Source: Halorutilales archaeon Cl-col2-1 (GTDB lineage Archaea; Halobacteriota; Halobacteria; Halobacteriales; Afararchaeaceae). Taken from it: 64,000 nucleotides of DNA. Of this stretch, positions 1 to 8,841 are shown piece after piece (the stretch's first letter is position 1; every line of letters begins with the position of its first letter). The notes beneath the pieces are model-generated. The model ran no database searches, was not told where the DNA came from, and saw nothing but the letters and a program-made list of their open reading frames with translations. A program made the translations under genes and the position numbers. The DNA lies in contig CP169074.1 in assembly GCA_041891055.1 (NCBI GenBank), positions 1,120,001-1,184,000 on the forward strand, given 5' to 3'.

Positions 1-131
1 CCGTACTCGGGCGCGACTATTCTGCCCGCGAGGATTTCGAGACCCATAGAGACAGTACCTGCGATGAGGACGACAGCCTCTATTCTCTCGATCCGTGACC
101 GTGATCCCGAGGCATTGAGGCGAATATCCAT
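1..131 (-). CDS. N-terminal fragment of fused MFS/spermidine synthase-like membrane protein (runs off window)
   Basis: Manual translation from ATG at 131: MDIRLNASGSRSRIERIEAVVLIAGTVSMGLEILAGRIVAPEYG; the MGLEILAGRxxAPxxG motif is typical of this family. Confidence 0.6.
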   Translation of the reverse strand, partial: MDIRLNASGSRSRIERIEAVVLIAGTVSMGLEILAGRIVAPEY

Positions 132-236
132 GTCGTTTTCCAGGGACTTCGTCCTCGGAGCGTATAACCATGGGGATTAGAACCGAGGACAGCCGGGACA
201 ACCTATTTATACACGAGACTCAGTATGTAGTCGAGT

Positions 237-674
237 ATGAGGCGCAAACTCAAGCCGTTCAAGAGACTCGATGAGATAGCCGAGAGGCTCGACGAGGTCA
301 CGCGTGACATAGAGAGGGACGTCGGAGAGCTTCCGAGTCCTGAGAATCTGGTGAGCCGTGTCTCGGTAGACATAGCAGACCTCGGCGGCGAGGTTCTCGT
401 GAGAGCCGACCTGCCGGGTTTCGAGAAGGACGAGATCTCGGTACAGGCGAACGACGACACTGTGACTATCTCGGCGGAGTCAACACAGATGTCGGAGATA
501 GACGAGGAAGACTTCCACCGAAAGGAGAGGAGAGACGAGAACCTCAAGAGGACAGTCCGTCTTCCCGCGGCGGTCGAAGCCGACGACGCAGAGGCGACGT
601 ACGACAACGGCGTCCTCGAACTCCGTCTGCCTAAGAAGGAGGTCGAGACGGGCGAGAGTATCGAGATAGAGTAG
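237..674 (+). CDS. Hsp20/alpha-crystallin small heat shock protein
   Basis: ADLPG, RTVRLP and ATYDNGVLELRLPK motifs. Confidence 0.93.
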   Translation: MRRKLKPFKRLDEIAERLDEVTRDIERDVGELPSPENLVSRVSVDIADLGGEVLVRADLPGFEKDEISVQANDDTVTISAESTQMSEIDEEDFHRKERRDENLKRTVRLPAAVEADDAEATYDNGVLELRLPKKEVETGESIEIE

Positions 675-719
675 GTCGGGAGCCGAAACACGGAAAGGCG
701 GTCGGAGAGTATCCTATTT

Positions 720-1691
720 ATGGCGACTCCGTTCGAAGACATTCCGTACGTCCCAGACAAGGACGAACTCCTCGACAAGTCTTTCTCTAAGGCGAAGAGG
801 GCGGCGGGCTCTAACTCGGGTGTGGACGCACAGAGGAGTATGTTGATGACGTCGTCGAACATACTCCACGACAACCTTGAGTACATAGTCACGAGCTTCC
901 CGTCTTTCGACAGGGTGGACGACTTCTACCGCGAGATAGCCGACGCAGCCGTTGGTCTCGACGAGATAAAGCAGTCGCTCGGCGCAGTAGACTGGGCGTC
1001 GACGAAGGTGAAGGAGATTGCGAACGAGACACAGAGAGAGATGTCGGGGGGCGACTACGAGGAAGCGATAGAGGCGAGGAAACGTGCCTTCGCACGTATG
1101 GACTCGGTACTCTCGAATATATCCGACGACCTAGACCGTCTCGGGGAGGCGAGGTCGATACTTACACAGGTTCCCGAGGTAGAGGATCACCCTACGGTCG
1201 TACTCGCGGGCTACCCCAACGTCGGCAAGTCGACATTCCTCGAAGACGTCACGAACGCGAAGCCGAAGATAGCCGAGTACCCGTTCACGACGAAGGGCGT
1301 CGGTATAGGACATTTCGAGCGCGACTACATACGGTACCAGATAGTCGACACCCCCGGACTCCTCGACCGTCCGATAGACGACAGAAACTCGATGGAGAAA
1401 CAAGCGGTCACAGCCCTCGAAAAGCTCGCCGACGTCGTAGTCTTCGTCCTCGACCCGAGCGAGTACTGTGGATACGAGATAGAGTCACAGGTCGATCTCC
1501 TCGACGAGATACGTGGTGGCTTCGACGTTCCCGTCGTCACCGTGGCTAACAAGACCGACCTCTACGACACTGACTCCGTCGAACTCGACGTCAGCATCGA
1601 CATATGGATGAGTCTAGAGGACGGTGAGGGGGTCGAAGAAACACTCGAAGCCGCTCTCGACGAGATCTCTTCTGAAAAACTAAAACCGTGA
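720..1691 (+). CDS. NOG1-family GTP-binding protein
   Basis: GYPNVGKS (G1), YPFTTK (G2), DTPGLLDRP (G3), NKTD (G4). Confidence 0.93.
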   Translation: MATPFEDIPYVPDKDELLDKSFSKAKRAAGSNSGVDAQRSMLMTSSNILHDNLEYIVTSFPSFDRVDDFYREIADAAVGLDEIKQSLGAVDWASTKVKEIANETQREMSGGDYEEAIEARKRAFARMDSVLSNISDDLDRLGEARSILTQVPEVEDHPTVVLAGYPNVGKSTFLEDVTNAKPKIAEYPFTTKGVGIGHFERDYIRYQIVDTPGLLDRPIDDRNSMEKQAVTALEKLADVVVFVLDPSEYCGYEIESQVDLLDEIRGGFDVPVVTVANKTDLYDTDSVELDVSIDIWMSLEDGEGVEETLEAALDEISSEKLKP

Positions 1692-1730
1692 GTCTATTAG
1701 GCGGGCATACTCTACTTCCCACGACTAAGT

Positions 1731-4700
1731 ATGCCCACGCGAACTGACCTCGACAAGGTCCTTCTCATCGGCTCAGGACCCATTGTGATTGGACAGGCGG
1801 CAGAGTTCGACTACTCGGGATCACAGGCATGTCGCGCGATACAGGAGGAGGGGATCGAAGTAGTCCTCGTCAACTCGAACCCCGCGACGATAATGACTGA
1901 CCCAGACATAGCCGACGAGGTCTACCTCGAACCTCTCGAGCCCGAGTACGTCGCTAGGATAATAGAGAAGGAAGACCCCGACGGTCTGATAGCCGGACTC
2001 GGAGGGCAGACGGGACTCAACGTCGCCGCACAGCTCGCCGATATGGACGTTTTGGAGGAGAACGACGTCGAGCTCCTCGGAACTGACCTCGAAACTATAC
2101 ATCTCGCCGAGGACAGACAGAAGTTCTACGACTTCATACAAGATATAGGCGAGAAGACGCCGCGGTCTATGACTGTGACGAGCCTCGACGAGGTCGACGA
2201 CGTCATAGACGAGTTCGGTCTTCCGGTTATCGTCCGTACGACCTACACTCTCGGAGGAAGCGGAAGCGGAGTCGTCGATACACGCGAGGAGTTAGAGGAG
2301 AAGGTCAGACGCGGTCTCAAGCTCTCGATGAACAACGAGGTAACTATTGACGAGTCGGTCGAGGGCTGGAAGGAGTTCGAGTACGAGGTCATACGTGACT
2401 CGACTGACACGTGTATAACCATCTGTAACATGGAGAACATCGACCCGATGGGTATACACACCGGGGAGTCGACCGTCGTCACTCCGTCACAGACGATAAG
2501 CGACGACGCACACCAGAGGATGCGCTCGACCGCTATAAAGGTCATACGCGAACTCGGAATAGTGGGCGGATGTAACATACAGTTCGCGTGGAGCGACGAG
2601 AAGGACGACTACACCATAGTCGAGGTCAACCCGCGTGTCTCGAGGTCGTCGGCTCTCGCGTCGAAGGCGACGGGATACCCCATAGCACGTGTGACTGCGA
2701 AGATATCGGTCGGTAAGAGTCTCGACGAGATAGAGAACGACGTCACTAAGGAGACTCCTGCCGCCTTCGAGCCGACTATAGACTACGTCGTCACTAAGAT
2801 ACCCCGTTGGCCCTTCGACAAGTTCCCCGAGGTCGACCGCACTATAGGAAGCGCGATGAAGTCGACCGGGGAGGTGATGTCGATAGGACGCACATTCGAG
2901 GAGTCGTACAAGAAGGCTCTGCGTTCGCTCGACATAGTAGAGCCCGAGTTCGAGTCGGAGGAAGAAGTCAGGAGATACCTCGAAACACCCACAGACATAC
3001 GTAACTTCGCCGTCTTAGAGGCGTTCAGGCACGACATAGACGTCGAGGAGGTCGCCGAACTCACCGGATTCGACGAGTGGTACGTCGCACGCGCGAAGAA
3101 GATAGTCGAGAAGGAGAGGGAGATAGCCGAAGAAGGCGACCAACTCACCGAAGAGACCGTGGAGGAGGCGAAGCAGATGGGATTCACCGACGACGAGATC
3201 GCCGAGAACGCCGGGGACGGTCTGACGAGAGGCGATGTCGACGAACTCAAGGGCGACGCGACCTACAAGATGGTCGACACGTGCGCCGCCGAGTTCGAGG
3301 CTGAGACGCCCTACTACTACTCGTCGTGGGAGTCGAAGAACGAGATCAAGGAGACAGAGGGCGACAAGGCTCTCATAGTCGGAGCGGGTCCGATACGTAT
3401 AGGACAGGGGGTCGAGTTCGACTACTGTACCGTCCACGCGATACAGGCACTCCGTGAGAGGGACATAGAGGCTCAGATAGTCAACAACAACCCCGAGACG
3501 GTATCGACAGACTACGACACCTCCGACAAGCTCTTCTTCGATCCCCTCACACTCGAAGACGTCGCCAACATAGTCGAGACAGAGGAGATAGACTCGGTGA
3601 TGACACAGTTCGGAGGACAGACGAGTGTCAACCTCGCCGTCCCTCTGTCGGAGGAGATAGAACGCAAGGGTCTCGACTCGGAGGTCGTCGGAACTTCACC
3701 CGACTCGATGGATCTCGCCGAGGATCGTGACCGTTTCAACTCGCTGATGGACGAGATAGGTGTTCCCCAGCCCGAGGGCGGAACGGGATACTCCGAGGAG
3801 GAGGCTCTCGAGATAGCCGACGAGATCGGCTATCCCGTCCTCGTGCGTCCGTCGTACGTCCTAGGAGGACGTGCGATGGAGATAGTCTGGGACGAACTCG
3901 AGCTCAGAGAGTACATGGAGGAAGCCGTCCGTGTCTCTCCCGACCATCCCATACTCATAGACGACTTCCTCGCCGACTCCGTAGAGCTCGATGTCGACGC
4001 CGTGAGTGACGGAGAGGACGTCCTCATAGGCGCGATAATGGAGCACATAGAGGAGGCAGGAGTCCACTCAGGTGACTCGGCGTGTGTCATACCGCCACAG
4101 AACATAGGCGAGGACGTCCTCGACAAGGCGCGCGACTACGTCCGCAGGATAGCACGCGCTCTCGACGTCGAGGGTCTTCTCAACGTCCAGATGGCTGTAC
4201 AGGACGACGAGGTCTACGTATTAGAAGCCAACCCGAGGTCGTCACGTACTATCCCCTTCGTGAGCAAGTCGGTCGGAGTCCCGATCGCGAAGATCGCCGC
4301 CGGGGTCATGATGGGAGCCTCGATAGACGACTTCGACTACGAGGACGAGCCATACGGCGAACACGTCACTGTCAAGGAGGTCGACCTGCCGTTCGACCGC
4401 CTTCCGGGTGTCTCTCCGACACTCTCGCCCGAGATGAAGTCGACGGGAGAGGTCATGGGGGTCGACTACGACTTCGGACGTGCCTTCTACAAGGCTGAAC
4501 TCGCCGCGGGCAACGCACTCCCCGACACCGGGAAGATATTCATAAGCGTGAGGGACAAGGACAAGGACGAGATAGTACCTGTGGCGAGAAAGCTCGACGA
4601 CCTCGGCTTCGACTTAGTGGCTACCGAGGGAACACAGGCACATCTCAAGCAGAACGGAATAGAGGCGGAGTTCATAGAGAAGGTACACGAGGCATCTCCC

Positions 4701-4937
4701 AACGTCGTCGACCTCATGAAACGTGACGAGATCGACCTCATAATAAACACACCCGACGAGAAGACGGCGAGGGACGACGGAGCCGACATACGACGCGCCG
4801 CAGTCGACAGGGACGTCACCTATATCACGACAGTGAGAGCCGCCGACGCCGCAGCCGACGCCATAAAGGCAGCGAGGGACGAGGAGATGTCGGTCAAGTC
4901 GATAGAGGACTACATAAACGAGTCGGAGGACGAGTAG
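1731..4937 (+). CDS. carB: Carbamoyl-phosphate synthase large subunit
   Basis: GSGPIVIGQAAEFDYSG, two ATP-grasp halves, C-terminal MGS domain; 1068 aa. Confidence 0.98.
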   Translation: MPTRTDLDKVLLIGSGPIVIGQAAEFDYSGSQACRAIQEEGIEVVLVNSNPATIMTDPDIADEVYLEPLEPEYVARIIEKEDPDGLIAGLGGQTGLNVAAQLADMDVLEENDVELLGTDLETIHLAEDRQKFYDFIQDIGEKTPRSMTVTSLDEVDDVIDEFGLPVIVRTTYTLGGSGSGVVDTREELEEKVRRGLKLSMNNEVTIDESVEGWKEFEYEVIRDSTDTCITICNMENIDPMGIHTGESTVVTPSQTISDDAHQRMRSTAIKVIRELGIVGGCNIQFAWSDEKDDYTIVEVNPRVSRSSALASKATGYPIARVTAKISVGKSLDEIENDVTKETPAAFEPTIDYVVTKIPRWPFDKFPEVDRTIGSAMKSTGEVMSIGRTFEESYKKALRSLDIVEPEFESEEEVRRYLETPTDIRNFAVLEAFRHDIDVEEVAELTGFDEWYVARAKKIVEKEREIAEEGDQLTEETVEEAKQMGFTDDEIAENAGDGLTRGDVDELKGDATYKMVDTCAAEFEAETPYYYSSWESKNEIKETEGDKALIVGAGPIRIGQGVEFDYCTVHAIQALRERDIEAQIVNNNPETVSTDYDTSDKLFFDPLTLEDVANIVETEEIDSVMTQFGGQTSVNLAVPLSEEIERKGLDSEVVGTSPDSMDLAEDRDRFNSLMDEIGVPQPEGGTGYSEEEALEIADEIGYPVLVRPSYVLGGRAMEIVWDELELREYMEEAVRVSPDHPILIDDFLADSVELDVDAVSDGEDVLIGAIMEHIEEAGVHSGDSACVIPPQNIGEDVLDKARDYVRRIARALDVEGLLNVQMAVQDDEVYVLEANPRSSRTIPFVSKSVGVPIAKIAAGVMMGASIDDFDYEDEPYGEHVTVKEVDLPFDRLPGVSPTLSPEMKSTGEVMGVDYDFGRAFYKAELAAGNALPDTGKIFISVRDKDKDEIVPVARKLDDLGFDLVATEGTQAHLKQNGIEAEFIEKVHEASPNVVDLMKRDEIDLIINTPDEKTARDDGADIRRAAVDRDVTYITTVRAADAAADAIKAARDEEMSVKSIEDYINESEDE

Positions 4938-4985
4938 ACGGCTAACTACCTTTCTGTTTCAGCTTCGTATTTTTCGTGTCTTCGT

Positions 4986-5000
4986 ACCCAACTGGTTTGG
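4986..5000 (+). promoter_or_regulatory. Bat upstream activator sequence (UAS), followed by TATA-like ATATATAT at 5011-5018
   Basis: ACCCAACTGGTTTGG has one mismatch to the recalled Halobacterium UAS consensus ACCcnactagTTnGG; ends 38 nt before ATG 5038; bat is in the same cluster. Confidence 0.75.
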
Positions 5001-5037
5001 CTGTGTCTTGATATATATCTGTGACGTATATAAGCCG

Positions 5038-5103
5038 ATGCCAGCACCAGGTTCGAGACAGAGTTCTGAGCCGAGAAGGGATTCAAGGGGGGACACGAGG
5101 TAA
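5038..5103 (+). pseudogene. 21-aa mini-ORF MPAPGSRQSSEPRRDSRGDTR, probable 5' remnant of a bacterio-opsin gene
   Basis: ATG lies where a leaderless start is expected after UAS+TATA; first 6 aa match the recalled Haloarcula cruxrhodopsin N-terminus MPAPGS; TAATG overlap with the transducer start. Confidence 0.5.
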
Positions 5104-6728
5104 TGCGAGGGTCTGAGTCTGTTCTTCCGAGTAGGCTACGGGAGAGCTACACCGCGAAGCTAACCGCGGTTCTCTTCACAGCCGTAGTGACCACGGTGGT
5201 CTTCGGTGTAGTCCTCCTCAGACAGGTCGAAGAGGGAGTCTCAGACACTACTTCGGGTGTCGTGGGTCTGATACTCCTAAACGTCGTCAACCTGGGTCTC
5301 ATAGGATCGACAATAGGGAGTAACACGGCTATATCACTCGAAGTTCTCCAGAGGAAGTCGTCGAGAATGGGTCGGGGAGACCTCGACGTCGACCTCGAAA
5401 CCGACAGACAGGACGAGATGGGAGACCTGTATGACTCGTTCTCCAAGATGAGGGACTCGCTGAGACAGAAGATAGACGAGGCGGAGCGCGAAAGGGAGAG
5501 GGCAGAGAAACAGAAGAGGATAGCCGAGGAGAGACAGGAGGAAGCCGAGGAACTCAACAGACGTCTCGCGGAACAGGCTGAGAGGTACAAGGACGTCATG
5601 AGGGACGCCGCAGACGGAGACCTCACGAGACGTGTCGACGCCGAGACACGTAACGACGCGATGAGGGAGATAGGAGAGGCTTTCAACAGCATGATGGACG
5701 GCTTAGAGGAAACTGTGGCTAAAGTAAAGGGATTCTCGGACGAGGTCTCCGACTCGACACGTGAGGTCGAGAGAGGCGCGAACGAGATACGTGAGTCGAG
5801 CGAGCAGATAAACAGTTACATACGTGAGATATCACGCGACACCGACGAACAGGACGACAAGCTACAGAACATATCGACCGAGATGAGCGACCTGTCGGCG
5901 ACTATAGAGGAGGTCGCGTCGTCGGCTGACGAGCTAGCGGGGACTTCACAGAGGATGGCTGATCTGGGTCAGGAGGGAAGAGACGCAGCCGAGATAGCCA
6001 TAGACGAGATCAACCAGGTCGAGTCTGAGACCGAGAAGACGGTCGAGGAGATAGTCAAGCTCGACGAACAGATGAAGGAGATAGAGGAGATAGTCGATGT
6101 CATCACCGACATAGCTGAGGAGACCAATCTACTCGCTCTCAACGCGAGCATAGAGGCGGCGAGGGCGGGAGAGGAAGGAGACGGCTTCGCTGTCGTCGCC
6201 GATCAGATAAAGGAGCTCGCCGAGGAGACAAAGAAGTCGGCGTCCGAGATAGAAGAGGTCATATCCGACGTACAGGATCAGACCGAGAGCACAGTGGACG
6301 ACATACGTGAGACGAGCGACAGGATAACCAAGGGTGTCGAGACAGTCGAGGACACCGTCGAATCCCTCGAAGAGATAGTCGGATACGTCGAGGAGACCAA
6401 CTCGGGAGTCCAGGAGATCCGTGACGTGACCGAGAGCCAGGCTAACTCAACACAGGAGGTCGTGTCGGTCACCGACGAGGTCTCCGAGCTCAGCAGAAAC
6501 ACAGCCGACGAGGCGAAGAAAGTCACCGACGAAGCCGAGAGCCAGACCGAGATAGTCAAGTCAGTCTCGGAGAGAGCCGAGAGACTCGCCGATGGAGCCG
6601 ACGACCTCAACGAACTCCTTGAGGGCTTCGATGTCAAATCTAAGTCTGACGTCAACGGCAATGTAACGGCGCGAGGAGTAGAGAGGTCGGATTTAGCACA
6701 CGCAGACGGAAAGGGAGGTGAGAGGTAG
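5103..6728 (+). CDS. Sensory rhodopsin transducer, HtrII-like (2 TM, 2 HAMP, MCP signalling domain)
   Basis: NLGLI...SRMGRGDLDVDLETDRQDEMGDLY closely resembles N. pharaonis HtrII; MCP hairpin ETNLLALNASIEAARAGEEGDGFAVVA; abuts the opsin gene. Confidence 0.92.
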   Translation: MRGSESVLPSRLRESYTAKLTAVLFTAVVTTVVFGVVLLRQVEEGVSDTTSGVVGLILLNVVNLGLIGSTIGSNTAISLEVLQRKSSRMGRGDLDVDLETDRQDEMGDLYDSFSKMRDSLRQKIDEAERERERAEKQKRIAEERQEEAEELNRRLAEQAERYKDVMRDAADGDLTRRVDAETRNDAMREIGEAFNSMMDGLEETVAKVKGFSDEVSDSTREVERGANEIRESSEQINSYIREISRDTDEQDDKLQNISTEMSDLSATIEEVASSADELAGTSQRMADLGQEGRDAAEIAIDEINQVESETEKTVEEIVKLDEQMKEIEEIVDVITDIAEETNLLALNASIEAARAGEEGDGFAVVADQIKELAEETKKSASEIEEVISDVQDQTESTVDDIRETSDRITKGVETVEDTVESLEEIVGYVEETNSGVQEIRDVTESQANSTQEVVSVTDEVSELSRNTADEAKKVTDEAESQTEIVKSVSERAERLADGADDLNELLEGFDVKSKSDVNGNVTARGVERSDLAHADGKGGER

Positions 6729-7433
6729 ATGGTTGAGATAACCGACACGACGACATGGTTCTGGATAGGCGCGGTAGGTATGTTCGCGGGAATGGTAGTC
6801 TTCGTAGCCTCAGGTGTCAGGAGCGACGACGAGACGAGGAAGTACTACGGTGTCATAGCCGCGGTCGCCTTCATAGCGTCCGCAGCCTACGCTGCGATGG
6901 CTCTCGGTATAGGCTCGCTCGAGTCCGACGGAGTGACCGTATACCTCCCGAGGTACGCAGACTGGCTGATAACGACACCCCTACTCATACTTGACCTGGG
7001 TCTCCTCGCGGGTGTCAATAAGAAGACGTACGCGGCTCTGATAGGCTCAGACGTCGCGATGATAGGATCGGGAGTCGCGGCGTCGCTCTCGACCTCCTGG
7101 GTCAAGTACGTCTACTTCGGCGTGGGATCGGTGGCTTACGTGGTTCTCCTCTACCTACTCATGAGAACCCTCTCGGACGCCGCGAGGGGCAGAGGAGTCG
7201 CGTCTCTGTTCCAGAAGCTAAGGAACCTGACAGTAGTCCTGTGGTCGGTCTATCCCGTAGTCTGGCTGGTCGGACCCTACGGAACGGGTCTCTTAGAGCC
7301 CGCTACCGAGACTATCATAATACTCTATCTCGACCTCATAACCAAGGTCGGGTTCGGTTTCATACTCGTCAACAGCCACGACGTCCTGTCGTCGATACGT
7401 ACCCCCTCGACGGCGGACGTAGCCGAGACGTGA
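6729..7433 (+). CDS. Microbial rhodopsin, SRII-like scaffold with DTD motif
   Basis: 7 TM; PRYADWLITTPLLILD (helix C), LWSVYPVVW (F), YLDLITKVGFG with retinal Lys206 (G); ATG directly follows the htr TAG. Confidence 0.95.
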   Translation: MVEITDTTTWFWIGAVGMFAGMVVFVASGVRSDDETRKYYGVIAAVAFIASAAYAAMALGIGSLESDGVTVYLPRYADWLITTPLLILDLGLLAGVNKKTYAALIGSDVAMIGSGVAASLSTSWVKYVYFGVGSVAYVVLLYLLMRTLSDAARGRGVASLFQKLRNLTVVLWSVYPVVWLVGPYGTGLLEPATETIIILYLDLITKVGFGFILVNSHDVLSSIRTPSTADVAET

Positions 7434-7439
7434 TCAGTC

Positions 7440-7646
7440 TCAGTTCCCTTCTACCTCAAAGATAACACCGAAGACGTGGTCGTTAGGACACGAGAGACGT
7501 CTTAGCTTTCCTCCTTGGCTTCGCCGTCCCCGGCTTTCCTCGTTCTCGTAGTCAGTCTCGAAGACCCCTTTTACCGTCGCGTCCCACGGGAGACCCATCT
7601 TGACATTGACACCGCATATGGGACACCGTATATCCCGAACAGGCAT
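7440..7646 (-). CDS. brz: Brz-like bacteriorhodopsin-regulating small zinc-finger protein
   Basis: CPICG-VKMGLP-ATVK...CPNDHVF matches the recalled H. salinarum Brz pattern (CPRCG..VKMGLP..ATVK..CRNDHEF); divergent from brp as in H. salinarum. Confidence 0.8.
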   Translation of the reverse strand: MPVRDIRCPICGVNVKMGLPWDATVKGVFETDYENEESRGRRSQGGKLRRLSCPNDHVFGVIFEVEGN

Positions 7647-7695
7647 CGTTGGGAGACGATGGTAGACAAGTGCTTAAGCCTACTCCTTGTTGTAC

Positions 7696-7710
7696 ACCCC
7701 AACAGTTAGG
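7696..7710 (+). promoter_or_regulatory. Second Bat UAS upstream of brp, followed by TATA-like TTTTAATA at 7716-7723
   Basis: ACCCCAACAGTTAGG keeps all ACC..TTnGG core positions; ends 37 nt before brp ATG 7747. Confidence 0.65.
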
Positions 7711-7746
7711 CCTCGTTTTAATAGTGTGACGGAGCCTATTCTAAGT

Positions 7747-8766
7747 ATGACGAGTTTTGGTCTCCGAAGACTACGGAGACGCGGACGGTCGAGTTCGTAC
7801 CTCACGAGGTCGAGGCTCGGTTTACTTTCACTGACGGTCGGCTTCGGTATCTTGGGTCTCGCGGGCATAGGAGTCTCACTGCGTCTCCAGTCTGCCGTCT
7901 ACCTGATAGGGATGGTGGCGATGAACCTCCCCCAGGGTGGCTACGAGAACTTACATAACCTCGACGGACGTGGCACGAGGTTCCAGATGGGATACATAGC
8001 CTCCTACGTACTCACCATAGCGGCTTTCACAGCCGTCTTCTTCTTCGACCCCGTCGTGGGACTGGGTCTCGGCGTCTTTGTCGCGATGGCTAAGGGAGGC
8101 TTCGGAGACCTCAGCGTCTTGGAGACCATCTACGGCGACCACATAAAGACAGATATCCAGAGATGGCTAGCTGCGGCGGTCAGAGGTGGTGTCGTGATGG
8201 TAGTTCCGATGGCTTTCCATCCCGAAGCTTTCTACGGTCTGAGCTCCGTGATGGTGAATATATTCGATCCCGGTGGTCTCACGAGACTCGGATACGGGAG
8301 CTTCGAGACCGCGAGCCGTGTCCTCGGGGCTGTTCTCTGTGCCATAACTGGGGTTTACCTGGTTCTGGGGTACATACGGTCAGACGCGACGGGGTCGTTC
8401 AGGTCTGACGCGGGCGAAATCTTCCTCCTAGTCGCCTACTTCGCAGTGACTCCCGTCGTGGTAGCCGTTGGTCTCTACTTCCCCCTGTGGTACTCGGCGA
8501 GACAGGTCGCCCGTATGAGGGCGGTCGACGACTCCGAGACGGAACGGGACGGCTTTGACGCCCCGGCTGTAGTAGTCTCACTCGTCGTGGCGAGCGTCGT
8601 GTTAGGTGGTCTCGTGTGGTCAGTCTCGCCACAGCCCCTCGGTGGTGCGAGAATCCTACCAGGACTCGTGGCTTTCTGGACGGTATTCGTGAGCATAATA
8701 GCACTTCCCCACGTAGTCATTGGAGGGCTTATAGACAGGTCGAGGGGGATATGGTACGTCCCATGA
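7747..8766 (+). CDS. brp: Brp/Blh family beta-carotene 15,15'-dioxygenase (Brp-type)
   Basis: GMVAMNLP, QRWLAAAVRGG, GLYFPLWYSARQVAR, IIALPHVV..RGIWYVP; start moved to ATG 7747, downstream of TATA. Confidence 0.9.
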   Translation: MTSFGLRRLRRRGRSSSYLTRSRLGLLSLTVGFGILGLAGIGVSLRLQSAVYLIGMVAMNLPQGGYENLHNLDGRGTRFQMGYIASYVLTIAAFTAVFFFDPVVGLGLGVFVAMAKGGFGDLSVLETIYGDHIKTDIQRWLAAAVRGGVVMVVPMAFHPEAFYGLSSVMVNIFDPGGLTRLGYGSFETASRVLGAVLCAITGVYLVLGYIRSDATGSFRSDAGEIFLLVAYFAVTPVVVAVGLYFPLWYSARQVARMRAVDDSETERDGFDAPAVVVSLVVASVVLGGLVWSVSPQPLGGARILPGLVAFWTVFVSIIALPHVVIGGLIDRSRGIWYVP

Positions 8767-8841
8767 CCAAAAACGACAGTCACCCGGAGAGAAATCGAGA
8801 AATAACCACGAAAGAAACAAGACTAGACAGGTCAAGATAAG

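Noticed and set aside
8080-8520. Brp lacking His in AKGG and WYSARQ relative to Blh-type enzymes
   Set aside because: I recall these same substitutions in H. salinarum Brp, so they are a subfamily trait; only the PHG/EH loss is reported
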